Shown: positions 38,229-47,035 of the stretch, piece after piece
Layout: each line of letters opens with the position of its first letter
How positions within the stretch are numbered: position 1 is the stretch's first letter
Origin: Alphaproteobacteria bacterium
Lineage (GTDB): Bacteria; Pseudomonadota; Alphaproteobacteria; Sphingomonadales; Sphingomonadaceae
Direction: 5' to 3'
NCBI GenBank assembly: GCA_005883305.1
Contig: VBAC01000002.1
Location: 178,527-242,526, forward strand
Length of the DNA stretch: 64,000 nt
The notes under the pieces: generated by a model
Database searches by the model: none
Told to the model about the DNA's origin: nothing
The model's input: only the letters and a program-made list of their open reading frames with translations
Translations under genes and position numbers: made by a program

Positions 38229-39480
38229 CGGTTCGGGCGGGCGCGAGCATGCCTTGGCGTGGAAGCTCGCGCAATCGCCGCTGATGGGAACGCTCTACGC
38301 GGCCCCCGGCAATCCCGGAATCGCGGAAGTCGCCGAGCTCGTCGCGCTCGATGCCGCCGATCACCGGGCGGTGGTCGATTTCTGCCGCCGCCATGCGATC
38401 GGCCTCGCGGTGATCGGACCCGAGGCGCCATTGGTCGACGGGCTCGCCGACAATCTGCGCGCGATGGGCGTCCCGGTCTTCGGCCCGAACAGGATCCCGG
38501 CCCAGCTCGAAGGCTCCAAGGGCTTCACCAAGGATCTTTGCGCGAAGCACCATATCCCGACCGCCCGCTATGCCCGCGCGTCCGACCGGCTGGCCGCGGA
38601 GGCGGCGCTCGAGGATTTCGGAATGCCGGTGGTGATCAAGGCCGACGGCCTCGCCGCGGGCAAGGGCGTGATCATCGCCGAAAGCGCTGACGAGGCGCTT
38701 GCCGCGCTCTCGACGATGTTCGAAGGCGGCTTCGGCGGCGCCGGCGAAGCGGTGGTGGTCGAAGAGTTCATGACCGGCGAGGAGGCGAGCTTCTTCGCGC
38801 TGGTCGACGGCGAGACCGTGCTTCCGTTCGGATCGGCCCAGGACCACAAGCGCGTCGGCGACGGCGACACCGGCCCCAATACGGGCGGCATGGGCGCCTA
38901 CAGCCCGGCCTCGATCCTCACGCCGGCGCTCGAGCGGCAAGTGATGGAGGAGATCGTCCGCCCGACCATCCGAGCGCTGGCCGAGGCCGGCACGCCCTTC
39001 TCGGGAATCCTTTACGCCGGGCTGATGCTGACCGAAGGAGGGCCGAAGCTGGTCGAATACAATGTCCGCTTCGGCGATCCGGAATGCCAGGCGCTGATGC
39101 TCAGGCTCGAAAACGACCTGCTCGAATTGATGCTCGCCTGCGCGAAGGGCGAGCTGGCCGGGGCCGAGCCGCCACGTTTCTCGGATGACGCCGCGCTGGT
39201 CGTGGTGATGGCCGCCAAGGGCTATCCCGAAGCGCCGCGCACCGGCGGAAGGATCGCCGGGCTCGATCAGCCGGCGGCCAGGATCTTCCATGCCGGAACG
39301 GCGCTCGACAAGGGCAAGCTGGTCGCCGCTGGCGGACGCGTGCTCGGCGTCGCAGCGCGGGGGCCGACGGTCGCCGAGGCGCAGCGCGCCGCCTATGAAG
39401 CGGTGGACGGAATCGATTTTCCCACCGGCTTTTGCCGCCGCGACATCGGCTGGCGCGAAATCGCGCGCAACAAGGGCTGA
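38212..39480 (+). CDS. purD: phosphoribosylamine-glycine ligase
   Basis: ATG 38212 gives [22 protein letters not shown]... ATP-grasp body follows, with GGMGAYSP. Confidence 0.93.
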   Translation: MNVLIIGSGGREHALAWKLAQSPLMGTLYAAPGNPGIAEVAELVALDAADHRAVVDFCRRHAIGLAVIGPEAPLVDGLADNLRAMGVPVFGPNRIPAQLEGSKGFTKDLCAKHHIPTARYARASDRLAAEAALEDFGMPVVIKADGLAAGKGVIIAESADEALAALSTMFEGGFGGAGEAVVVEEFMTGEEASFFALVDGETVLPFGSAQDHKRVGDGDTGPNTGGMGAYSPASILTPALERQVMEEIVRPTIRALAEAGTPFSGILYAGLMLTEGGPKLVEYNVRFGDPECQALMLRLENDLLELMLACAKGELAGAEPPRFSDDAALVVVMAAKGYPEAPRTGGRIAGLDQPAARIFHAGTALDKGKLVAAGGRVLGVAARGPTVAEAQRAAYEAVDGIDFPTGFCRRDIGWREIARNKG

Positions 39481-39513
39481 CGCGGGCGGGACGGCGGGCT
39501 ATTGACGGCCGAC

Positions 39514-39864
39514 ATGCCGCGCTACGCCAAATTCCTGATCGGCCTCGCCGCCGCCCTGCTCGCCGGATGGATCGGCCACGGCCCGCTCGGCCAGGGCGAA
39601 GCCTTCGTCGGCGCCCTGGACGCGCAAGCCCAGCAGGTCATCCGTCAGGCGGAGCTGCCCAACGTTCGGGCCCGATTCCCGCACGATCCGCTTACCCGCC
39701 AGGCAATCCTGAGCGGCGAGGCGAACGAATTTCAGCGCGAGGGGCAAGGCCAGTTCCCCGGCCTCAACGACCGCATTCGAGCGATCCCCGGCGTGTCCGG
39801 AGTGCATTGGGACGAAAGCGACTGTTGCGCGAATCCGGAGGCCGCCAATGCCGTTGCTCGCTGA
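39514..39864 (+). CDS. membrane-anchored hypothetical protein (116 aa)
   Basis: MPRYAKFLIGLAAALLAGWIG transmembrane helix followed by a soluble domain ending ..HWDESDCC.. ATG 39514 is preferred over TTG 39502. Confidence 0.5.
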   Translation: MPRYAKFLIGLAAALLAGWIGHGPLGQGEAFVGALDAQAQQVIRQAELPNVRARFPHDPLTRQAILSGEANEFQREGQGQFPGLNDRIRAIPGVSGVHWDESDCCANPEAANAVAR

Positions 39865-39961
39865 AACCCTGATCCTCGTGGCGATCGCCTATCTGATCGG
39901 CGTCGGCATCGGCCGGCTGCTGTTCGGCCGGGCCAAGAAAAATTCGTTCCTGGGAGACTAG
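39848..39961 (+). CDS. 37-aa single-pass membrane peptide (not in ORF track)
   Basis: My translation: MPLLAETLILVAIAYLIGVGIGRLLFGRAKKNSFLGD*. Overlaps the end of the previous ORF by 17 nt. Paralogous to the next ORF. Confidence 0.45.
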   Translation: MPLLAETLILVAIAYLIGVGIGRLLFGRAKKNSFLGD

Positions 39962-39965
39962 GCTC

Positions 39966-40097
39966 ATGCTCGCTCTCGCCCAGTTCAACCTCGTCACCCT
40001 TGCCGTCGCGCTGGTGATCGGAATCGCCACCGGCCGCTGGATGTTCGCGCGCCGCGCCGCCCCCGAAGCCAGACCTGAGGATTCGAACCCGTCATGA
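39966..40097 (+). CDS. 43-aa single-pass membrane peptide (not in ORF track)
   Basis: My translation: MLALAQFNLVTLAVALVIGIATGRWMFARRAAPEARPEDSNPS*. The stop overlaps the next ATG (ATGA at 40094-40097). Confidence 0.45.
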   Translation: MLALAQFNLVTLAVALVIGIATGRWMFARRAAPEARPEDSNPS

Positions 40098-40597
40098 CCT
40101 CAAACACCACGATCATCGTCGCCGTCGCAATCCTGGCGGTGCTGATCCTCTCCTTTCTGGTCATGCGCCCGCGCCGCGCGCCGAAGATCGAGCGCAAGCG
40201 CGAAGGCGAGCCTTATGTCGCAAGCACGGAGCGGCCCTATATGAAGCCGCCCGCGAAGGAGGGCGCCGGGGTCGCCGACGAGGTCGCCGCCGCCGCCACC
40301 GACGTCGCCGACGAGGTGCTCGGAGTCCACACCCGCCCGCAGAACGACGGTCCGGCCGACGATCTCACCCGCCTCAAGGGCGTCGGCCCCAAGTTCGTCG
40401 CGCGCTTGGGTGAACTCGGAATCACCCGTTACGACCAGCTCGCCGGCCTGAACGCCAACGAGGCCGCGCATCTGGAAGAGCGGCTCGGACCGTTCCAGGG
40501 CCGCCTCGCGCGCGACCGCGTGATCGAGCAGGCCGATCTGCTTGCGCGCGGCGACACGGACCGCTTCGAGGAGAGGTTCGGCAAGCTGGGCGGCTAG
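40094..40597 (+). CDS. single-pass membrane protein with a C-terminal helix-hairpin-helix-like domain (167 aa)
   Basis: N-terminal TM helix IIVAVAILAVLILSFLVM followed by RPRR. C-terminal DDLTRLKGVGPKFVARLGELGITRYDQLAGL (GVGPK HhH-type motif). Confidence 0.6.
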   Translation: MTSNTTIIVAVAILAVLILSFLVMRPRRAPKIERKREGEPYVASTERPYMKPPAKEGAGVADEVAAAATDVADEVLGVHTRPQNDGPADDLTRLKGVGPKFVARLGELGITRYDQLAGLNANEAAHLEERLGPFQGRLARDRVIEQADLLARGDTDRFEERFGKLGG

Positions 40598-40680
40598 ACC
40601 GCTGTAATCTCAAAGTGAGCCCTCATCGCCGAGTTCGGTCCTTCCTCAGGATGAGCGTGTAAGGCCGGTTCCATTGCACC

Positions 40681-42009
40681 CTACCCCCGCCGCCCCCGTT
40701 TCGCCTCGCTCGCCAGCAATTTGTCGATCTTGCGCCCGTCCATGTCCGATATCTCGAACTGCCAGCCGCGGTAGGTGAAGCGCTCGCCCACCTCGGGCAG
40801 GTGCTTGAGCACCGACAGAGCAAAGCCCGCGGCGGTGGCATAGTCGCGGTCGTCGGGCAGGTTGAGGCACAAGGCGTCGGCCATCGCATCGGCCGAGACC
40901 GAGCCCGACACCCACCAGCTGCCGTCCTCGCGCTCGACGAGCGGCGGATCGGTGTCGAAGTCGGTCGCCGAAAGGAACTTGCCGGCGAGCGCGTTGAGCA
41001 GGTTGCCCGGAGTCACGATCCCTTCGAAATGGCCGTATTCGTCATGGACGAAGGCCATCGGCACCTCGCTGTCGCGAAGCACGGTCATCGCGTCCATCGC
41101 GTCGATCTGGTCGGGAACGATCGGCGCCGTCTTCATCAGCGCGCGAAGGTCGATCGCCTGGTCCTTGAGCAGGCACGACACGACGTCGCGCGCCTGGACG
41201 ACTCCGATCAGCCGGTCGACCGACCCCTCGGCCACCGGGATTCGGTTGTGCGGCGCCTCGATCAGCTTCTGCCGGATGGTCTCCTGCCCCGCGTCGGCGT
41301 CGATCCATGAGACTTCGGTGCGCGGGGTCATCACCTCGCGAGTCGGCCGGTCGGCGAGGCGCACGACGCTCGAGATCAAGGCCCGCTCGCTTTCCTCGAG
41401 CACGCCCGCCGTCGCCGCCTCGGCCACGACCAGCTGGAGGTCCTCGGCGGTGACGTGATCCTCCGATTCGCGGTTCATCCGAAGGAGGCGGAAGATCAGG
41501 CTGCTGGTCTTGTCGAGCAGCCACACGAAGGGCGCGGTCGCACGGCTCAGCCAGCGCATCGGAAGTGCGACGGTGACGGCGATCGGCTCGGGCGAGCGAA
41601 GGGCGAATTGCTTGGGCACCAACTCTCCGATCACCAGCGAAGCGTAGGTGGTGACGAAGATGACCAGCGCGAAACCCAGCGTCTGAGCCGTGTCGGGCCT
41701 GATCCCGAGCATGGCCAGGCGATCGCCCGTGGGCCCGCCGAGGCTGGCGCCCGAATAAGCGCCGGCGAGGATCCCGATCAGGGTGATTCCGATCTGGACG
41801 GTGGACAGGAAGCGTCCCGGGTCGGCGGCGAGATCGAGCGCGGTCTGCGCGCCGCGCCGTCCCGCGCGCGCCATCGCCTTCAGCCGTGTCTTGCGCGACG
41901 AAACGATCGCCAGCTCGGACATGGCGAAGACGCCGTTGAGAGCCACCAGGACGAGGATGATGACCACGTCCAGCCAGGGATAGGGTGCGAGCGGAGGGGA
42001 AGGCGGCAT
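40681..42009 (-). CDS. CNNM/DUF21 - CBS pair - CorC_HlyC family protein (hemolysin-like/TlyC-type putative divalent-cation efflux)
   Basis: N-terminal DUF21 (NGVFAMSELAIVSSRKTRL). Central CBS region. C-terminal transporter-associated domain (...GHFEGIVT...GWQFEISDMDGRKIDKL). Confidence 0.85.
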   Translation of the reverse strand: MPPSPPLAPYPWLDVVIILVLVALNGVFAMSELAIVSSRKTRLKAMARAGRRGAQTALDLAADPGRFLSTVQIGITLIGILAGAYSGASLGGPTGDRLAMLGIRPDTAQTLGFALVIFVTTYASLVIGELVPKQFALRSPEPIAVTVALPMRWLSRATAPFVWLLDKTSSLIFRLLRMNRESEDHVTAEDLQLVVAEAATAGVLEESERALISSVVRLADRPTREVMTPRTEVSWIDADAGQETIRQKLIEAPHNRIPVAEGSVDRLIGVVQARDVVSCLLKDQAIDLRALMKTAPIVPDQIDAMDAMTVLRDSEVPMAFVHDEYGHFEGIVTPGNLLNALAGKFLSATDFDTDPPLVEREDGSWWVSGSVSADAMADALCLNLPDDRDYATAAGFALSVLKHLPEVGERFTYRGWQFEISDMDGRKIDKLLASEAKRGRRG

Positions 42010-42071
42010 GGCGTTGCGGCCCTCCTAGCCGCGAAGCTCCGGTCCCGACAAGTTCGGCGGCGCGGACCGCG

Positions 42072-42500
42072 TCATCGCCGGCCCTTGAAGAAATCGCGCA
42101 ACAGGCCGGCGGCCTCGTCTTCGCCGATGCCGGGATAGACTTCCGGAACATGGTGACAGGTCGGCTGGGAAAAGAACCGGGCTCCGTGGAGCACGCCGCC
42201 GCCCTTGGGATCGGCGGCGCCGAAATAGAGGCGCGAGATTCGCGCCAAAGCGATCGCCCCCGCGCACATCGCGCAGGGCTCCAGTGTTACCCACAGGTCG
42301 CAGCCGTCGAGCCGGCAGTCGCCGATCGCCTGCGCCGCCGCGCGGATCGCGACGATCTCGGCATGAGCCGTGGGGTCGTTCGAATCGCGCATTCGGTTGC
42401 GGCCGACGGCGAGCACTTCGCCGGCGCGAATCACCACCGCGCCGACCGGAACCTCGCCGTCCTGGGCCGCCGCCCTCGCCTCGCCGAGCGCGAGGCGCAT
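42072..42500 (-). CDS. tadA: tRNA adenosine(34) deaminase
   Basis: Only the last 142 aa of the 393-aa track ORF are used. ATG 42500 gives MRLALGEARAA..VPVGAVV.. with zinc motifs HAEIVAI and PCAMCAGA. Confidence 0.9.
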   Translation of the reverse strand: MRLALGEARAAAQDGEVPVGAVVIRAGEVLAVGRNRMRDSNDPTAHAEIVAIRAAAQAIGDCRLDGCDLWVTLEPCAMCAGAIALARISRLYFGAADPKGGGVLHGARFFSQPTCHHVPEVYPGIGEDEAAGLLRDFFKGRR

Positions 42501-42523
42501 TCCATCGGGCAGTGGGAAGGCCG

Positions 42524-42760
42524 TTATTGCGCGTTTTCCTGTCCGTTGGTCACGGCGACGTTCGGCACTTCGACCTGGCGCGTCTCGGTGCGGACCACAG
42601 GAACCTGCACGTTGGTGGTGGTCGTTCCGACCGCGACCGACTTGGCGTCGATCGACACGGAGCCGTCCGCGTGGCGATTGAGATTGATATAGCCGGTCCA
42701 GATCAGCGCCATGACGAGCACGACGACGAAGGCGATGAGCAGAAGGAGCGTGCGCAGCAT
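42524..42760 (-). CDS. small single-pass membrane protein (78 aa)
   Basis: ATG 42760 gives MLRTLLLLIAFVVVLVMALIWTGY. followed by a Thr/Val-rich tail. Lies immediately upstream of tadA. No family recognised. Confidence 0.45.
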   Translation of the reverse strand: MLRTLLLLIAFVVVLVMALIWTGYINLNRHADGSVSIDAKSVAVGTTTTNVQVPVVRTETRQVEVPNVAVTNGQENAQ

Positions 42761-42941
42761 AGGGGACCTCGCGGGGTTCGACGTTTCCAGGTGAACGAGG
42801 GGATGGCAGATTGGTTGCCTTCCCGCAACGATCCCCGGAGCCCGGCGGGGGCGCTCGCGGTTGACGAACGGCCCCGGTGCGGCTATCCGCGCCCGGTTTC
42901 CGGTTGGCCTCGAAGGCCGCCCATTCCAGGAAGAGATTGAA

Positions 42942-43238
42942 ATGTCGCGTATTTGCGAACTGACCGGCAAGGGCCGGCTGGTGGGTAACAACGTTTCCCA
43001 CGCCAACAACAAGACCAAGCGCACGTTCCTGCCCAATCTGCAGAACGTGACGTTGATCTCCGACACGCTCGAGCGCGGCGTCAAGCTGCGCGTCTCGATG
43101 AGCGGCCTCCGCTCGGTCGAGCATGTCGGCGGCCTCGACAATTGGCTGCTCAAGACGAACGACGACAAGCTCAGCCTGAACGTCCGCCGTCTGAAGCGCG
43201 AGATCGTCAAGAAGCAGTCGGAAGCCGCGGCGGCCTAA
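42942..43238 (+). CDS. rpmB: 50S ribosomal protein L28
   Basis: ATG 42942 gives [34 protein letters not shown]... Confidence 0.92.
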   Translation: MSRICELTGKGRLVGNNVSHANNKTKRTFLPNLQNVTLISDTLERGVKLRVSMSGLRSVEHVGGLDNWLLKTNDDKLSLNVRRLKREIVKKQSEAAAA

Positions 43239-43246
43239 CACTTCCC

Positions 43247-43277
43247 GAGTCATCCCGACGAAAGTCGGGGATGACTC
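43247..43277. terminator. 13-bp-stem hairpin (family B half-element) between convergent rpmB and the phytase-like gene; possible bidirectional terminator
   Basis: gagtcatcccgac-gaaa-gtcggggatgactc. One extra G in the right arm. No clear T-tract. Confidence 0.45.
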
Positions 43278-43287
43278 CTCATTGCGC

Positions 43288-44301
43288 TCATTCGACTAGG
43301 GCGAACTTCAGCAGCAGCGTCTGCTGCAGCGGGAAGAAATTGTCGTCGGAGGCGATCCACAGGATCGTCCGGCCGTTCTCGACCGTCACGCTGAGCGCCT
43401 CCATATTGTCGACCGTCAAGGGCGGGCGAAGCGTCGCGATCTCGCGCCCCTCTATGGTCCCTCCGGCGCGAAGGCCCGTCAGGTCGGCAACGCTGAGCAC
43501 CGCCGAAACGCCCTCGAACAAGGCGAATCGCCGGTTGAGCAGCAGCAGGCGCCCGTCGGGCAGCAGGGCGGCGTCGGTGATCCGGTAGCCGGGCACGCGG
43601 ACGTAGCGGAGCCGGGCTGAGCGGGTCGCGGGGTCGGACGGATCGCCCTCGAACAGCACCGCCTCGCTGGTCCTCTCCGCTCCGCTGGATCCTTCCGCGA
43701 AGACGAGGAATCGCCCGCCGGCGAGGCGCACCATCGCCTCAGGGCCGGCATTGGCCAGCCAGCGGCGCATCGGTGGCGGGCGCGCCGCGCTCGCTGCCCG
43801 AAGGTCCGATCGCCGGTAGCGCCAGATCATGTTGTGCTTCTCGAACCCAACCCACAGCCAGGGTCCATGGAGGACCAGCGATTCGGTGTCGCGGTTGGAT
43901 TTGCGCGTCGCGGGCCCCGGGCCGCTTGGAAGCGGAAGCAGGCGGACGGGCTCGCGGACGGCGCCGCTGGGCACTGCGAACAGCATGATCGTCCCGGCGT
44001 CGCCGAGCGCGGTCACTCGCCCGCTCGACACCTGCATCGCCGAGATCGAGCCGAAGCGCGGCGAATCGCTGGTCAGCGCCCACCCCCCCAGATAGTCGAG
44101 CGCCCCGACGCGGCGGCGGGCGGGATCGCCGGCGTCGAGCGGGACGGGCATGGCCGTGAGCTCGGCGAGCGCCGGGCCGGGCGGAGGTGCGGGAGGCGGC
44201 CGGGCGATGAACGTCGCGAGCATCAGGAAGGCGGCGAGCACGAACGCGATCCGCTTCGGCCGCGACAGCCAGATCTGTTCAGGAAAACTCCGAAGAATCA
44301 T
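43288..44301 (-). CDS. esterase-like activity of phytase family protein (PF13449-like), membrane-anchored or secreted
   Basis: N-terminal TM helix IAFVLAAFLMLATFIA. Motifs GGWALTSDSPRFGSISA...ESL...GPEAM...ITDAALLPDGRLLLLNR...NMEALSV...LWIASDDNF are typical of this beta-propeller family. Confidence 0.65.
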   Translation of the reverse strand: MILRSFPEQIWLSRPKRIAFVLAAFLMLATFIARPPPAPPPGPALAELTAMPVPLDAGDPARRRVGALDYLGGWALTSDSPRFGSISAMQVSSGRVTALGDAGTIMLFAVPSGAVREPVRLLPLPSGPGPATRKSNRDTESLVLHGPWLWVGFEKHNMIWRYRRSDLRAASAARPPPMRRWLANAGPEAMVRLAGGRFLVFAEGSSGAERTSEAVLFEGDPSDPATRSARLRYVRVPGYRITDAALLPDGRLLLLNRRFALFEGVSAVLSVADLTGLRAGGTIEGREIATLRPPLTVDNMEALSVTVENGRTILWIASDDNFFPLQQTLLLKFALVE

Positions 44302-44423
44302 GAACGATTCCTGACGGGCGCATTCAGTCGAGGCTCAAGCGAATCGCTGCATAAGAGCGTCATGTCGCTGGCCGGATTGGTTTTTTTCTGCCTGCCGGCC
44401 GCAAAGACAGAGGAGTTGGAACC

Positions 44424-44843
44424 ATGTTCAAGAAGATCGCCATTTCCGCCGCCGTCGCCGCCTCGGCCCTGACGGTGATGCCCGCCGCTGCCGAAGCCCA
44501 GAGCTACGGCTATTACAACCAGGGCTATGGCTACAATGGGCGCTACGTCGATCCGCGCTACGCCCAGCGCTACAACCAGCGTTATTACAACGGCTACAAC
44601 CCCTACAATTCCTATAACGGCCGGACCTACTACCAGGGCCGCTACAACTACAATTACGGCTATCGCTGCAACAACGGCTCGACCGGAACGATCATCGGCG
44701 CCATCGCCGGCGGTCTGCTCGGCAGCCAGGTCGCCGGCCGCGGCGACCGCGCGATCGGCGCGATCGTCGGCGGCGCCGCCGGCGCCCTCGCCGGCCGCGA
44801 GATCGATCGCAGCAGCGGCAACGGCTACAACTGCCGCTACTAA
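44424..44843 (+). CDS. secreted glycine-zipper (Rick_17kDa_Anti/Gly-zipper_2TM-like) protein with a Tyr/Asn/Gly-rich low-complexity region
   Basis: Signal peptide MFKKIAISAAVAASALTVMPAAAEA. A Y/N-rich 60-aa stretch. Glycine zipper GTIIGAIAGGLLGSQVAGRGDRAIGAIVGGAAGALAG. Confidence 0.75.
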   Translation: MFKKIAISAAVAASALTVMPAAAEAQSYGYYNQGYGYNGRYVDPRYAQRYNQRYYNGYNPYNSYNGRTYYQGRYNYNYGYRCNNGSTGTIIGAIAGGLLGSQVAGRGDRAIGAIVGGAAGALAGREIDRSSGNGYNCRY

Positions 44844-44874
44844 ATCCCGAACGCCTCGAAGGAGTGTCGAGGAC

Positions 44875-44912
44875 GGGCCGGTCGCCTTTCGGGCGGCCGG
44901 CCCTTGCTTTTA
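44875..44912 (+). terminator. rho-independent terminator after the glycine-zipper gene
   Basis: gggccggtcgcc-tttc-gggcggccggccc stem-loop (one G-U pair) followed by ttgctttta. Confidence 0.7.
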
Positions 44913-44945
44913 TGCGATTCGATGCGATCGGTCCCGCATTCTTCT

Positions 44946-45046
44946 CGCTCATCCTGAGGAGCCGTTGAGCTTGTCGAAACGGCGTCTCGAAGGACGGTCC
45001 TTCGAGACGGGCCTTCGTCAGGCTCAGTCCCTCCTCAGGATAAGCG
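44946..45046. repeat. intergenic inverted-repeat element, family C (16-nt termini cgctcatcctgaggag / ctcctcaggataagcg)
   Basis: About 101 nt, with internal self-complementary gtctcgaaggacggtccttcgagac. Related copies at 48057-48197 and a terminal fragment at 40644-40657. Confidence 0.7.
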
Positions 45047-45062
45047 GATAATTGCGGACGCC

Positions 45063-46892
45063 CTATTCCTTGTCGAACAGCCCCGCCAGCTGCTCGACCA
45101 TCGTTCCGCCGAGTTGCTCGGCGTCCATGATCGTCACTGCCCGCTGATAGTAGCGGGTGACGTCGTGGCCGATGCCGATGGCGATCAGCTCGACCGGCGA
45201 TCGCGCCTCGATCCAGCCGATCACCTGGCGCAGGTGCCGCTCGAGATAGGTGCCGCTGTTCACGCTGAGCGTCGAATCGTCGACCGGGGCGCCGTCCGAG
45301 ATGACCATCAATATCTTGCGCTCCTCGACCCGGCCGATCAGCCGGTTGTGCGCCCATAACAAAGCCTCGCCGTCGATATTCTCCTTGAGCAGCCCCTCGC
45401 GCATCATAAGGCCGAGGCTCTTGCGCGCCCGCCGCCATGGCTCGTCAGCCTGCTTGTAGATGATGTGCCTGAGGTCGTTGAGCCTGCCCGGCTGCGGCGG
45501 CCGGCCGTCGGCGAGCCATTTCTCGCGCGATTGGCCGCCCTTCCACGCCCGCGTCGTGAAGCCGAGGATCTCGACCTTCACGCCGCAGCGCTCGAGCGTC
45601 CGGGCGAGGATGTCGGCGCTGATCGCGGCGATCGAGATCGGCCGCCCGCGCATCGAGCCCGAATTGTCGAGCAGCAGGCTGACGACCGTGTCGCGGAACT
45701 CGGTCTCACGCTCGACCTTGTAGGACAGCGACTGGGCCGGATTGACGATCACCCTGGCGAGCCGCGCGACGTCGAGCAGCCCCTCTTCCTGATCGAAATC
45801 CCATGAGCGCGACTGCTGGGCCATCAGCCGCCGCTGAAGCCGGTTGGCGAGCTTGGTCACCGCGCTCTGGAGGTGGACGAGCTGCTGGTCGAGATAGGAG
45901 CGCAGCCGCCCGAGCTCCTCCTCGTCGCACAATTCGGCGGCGACGACCTCCTCGTCATATTGCTCGGTGAACACCCGGTAGTCGAATTTCGGCGGCAGAT
46001 CGGAGACGGGCCGGTTCGGACGGACCGGGAGCATCCCCTCCTCGCCCTCCTCGCCGAGCGCGTCGGCCGATTCGCCCATCTCCTCTTCCGACCAGTCCTG
46101 CTCGCTGCTCTCGTCTCCTTCCTGCTCGGCTTCCCCACGGATCTCGGCCTCGCCGCGGCCGCTGCCCTCATCCTCCTGGTCGCTTTCGTCGTCCCGGGCG
46201 CCCTCGGCTTCGTCGTCGCCCTCGCCTTCGTCGGCCGAGTCGGGATCGAGATCGGCGTCGGCCTCGCCCTCGATCAGATCGAGGTCGCGCAGCAGCTTGG
46301 TCGCAAGCGCGGCGAAGGCCTGCTGGTCGTCGATGGCGAGGCCGAGCGCGTCGAGGTCGGCCCCGGCTTTTTCCTCGATCCACTCGGCGACGAAGGCGAT
46401 CCCCTCGCGCGCGGCCTCGGGCGGCGCCTCGCCCGTCAGCCGCTCGCGCGCGATCAGCCCGAGCGCGGAGCCCAGGGGCACCTCCTCCCGGCTGCGCGCC
46501 CGGACCAGCGGGTCGGTGCGCAGGCGCAGCTCGGCGAGGTGGCCGAGGTTCGCGCGCACCCCGGCCATGCCACGGGCGCCGAGCGCCTCGACCCGCGCCT
46601 GCTCGACCGCGTCGAACACCGATCGCGCCACCTCGTCCCCGGGCGCGTGGCGCGCATGCATCCGCTCATTGTGGTGCCGCAGCCGCAGCGCCGCAGCGTC
46701 GGCGAAGCCCCGCGCCTCCGCCGCCTCGCGCGCGCCGATCGTCCGCCCCGGCATCGGCGCCTTGACGCTCTTGCCGCTGATTCCGGGAACGTCGCTGGTG
46801 AAGCCGAGCTCGACCTCGGAATCCCGCGCCATCGCCCGAGTCGCCCCGGCAAGCGCCTGGCGGAAGGATTCGAGCGGATTGTCCTCGGCCAC
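45063..46892 (-). CDS. cobT: CobT-type protein (aerobic cobaltochelatase subunit T family; acidic linker plus C-terminal vWA)
   Basis: N-terminal CobT-like region. Long Asp/Glu-rich tract. C-terminal vWA with [19 protein letters not shown] start. Confidence 0.85.
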   Translation of the reverse strand: MAEDNPLESFRQALAGATRAMARDSEVELGFTSDVPGISGKSVKAPMPGRTIGAREAAEARGFADAAALRLRHHNERMHARHAPGDEVARSVFDAVEQARVEALGARGMAGVRANLGHLAELRLRTDPLVRARSREEVPLGSALGLIARERLTGEAPPEAAREGIAFVAEWIEEKAGADLDALGLAIDDQQAFAALATKLLRDLDLIEGEADADLDPDSADEGEGDDEAEGARDDESDQEDEGSGRGEAEIRGEAEQEGDESSEQDWSEEEMGESADALGEEGEEGMLPVRPNRPVSDLPPKFDYRVFTEQYDEEVVAAELCDEEELGRLRSYLDQQLVHLQSAVTKLANRLQRRLMAQQSRSWDFDQEEGLLDVARLARVIVNPAQSLSYKVERETEFRDTVVSLLLDNSGSMRGRPISIAAISADILARTLERCGVKVEILGFTTRAWKGGQSREKWLADGRPPQPGRLNDLRHIIYKQADEPWRRARKSLGLMMREGLLKENIDGEALLWAHNRLIGRVEERKILMVISDGAPVDDSTLSVNSGTYLERHLRQVIGWIEARSPVELIAIGIGHDVTRYYQRAVTIMDAEQLGGTMVEQLAGLFDKE

Positions 46893-47035
46893 CTACCCTC
46901 TCCCATTTAGGGAGAGGGGGGGACCCATTGCGCCAGCAATGGGGGGGTGAGGGCAAGAGCGGGCGAAGTTCGGGCCCTCACCCTCCCACCGCTTCGCGGC
47001 GGGCCCCTCCCTCTCCCCAAATGGGAGAGGGGCGA
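46893..47035. repeat. highly structured 143-nt cobS-cobT spacer made of consecutive hairpins (family D, ccctctccc...gggagaggg type)
   Basis: Hairpins ccctctccc-attta-gggagaggg, cccattgcgccagcaatggg, ggtgagggc...gccctcacc and a second ctctcccc-aaat-gggagagg. Confidence 0.6.

Noticed and set aside
36907-39291. 794-aa minus-strand ORF, and similar long ORFs at 8940-10454(-), 50170-52482(-), 52577-54769(-), 54679-56916(-), 59500-62172(+), 16680-17984(-) and 23762-25561(-)
   Set aside because: All overlap confidently assigned genes (xseA/purD, pyk, pirin-to-thiL, hppA, S9 peptidase, tamB, purE/purK, Oxy-B) in other frames or strands. They have a biased R/G/A/P composition without motifs.
42072-43253. 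393-aa ORF containing tadA, and a 228-aa ORF at 42524-43210
   Set aside because: Only the C-terminal 142 aa match TadA and only the last 78 aa of the second ORF look like a real membrane protein. The upstream portions run antisense through rpmB and intergenic repeats.
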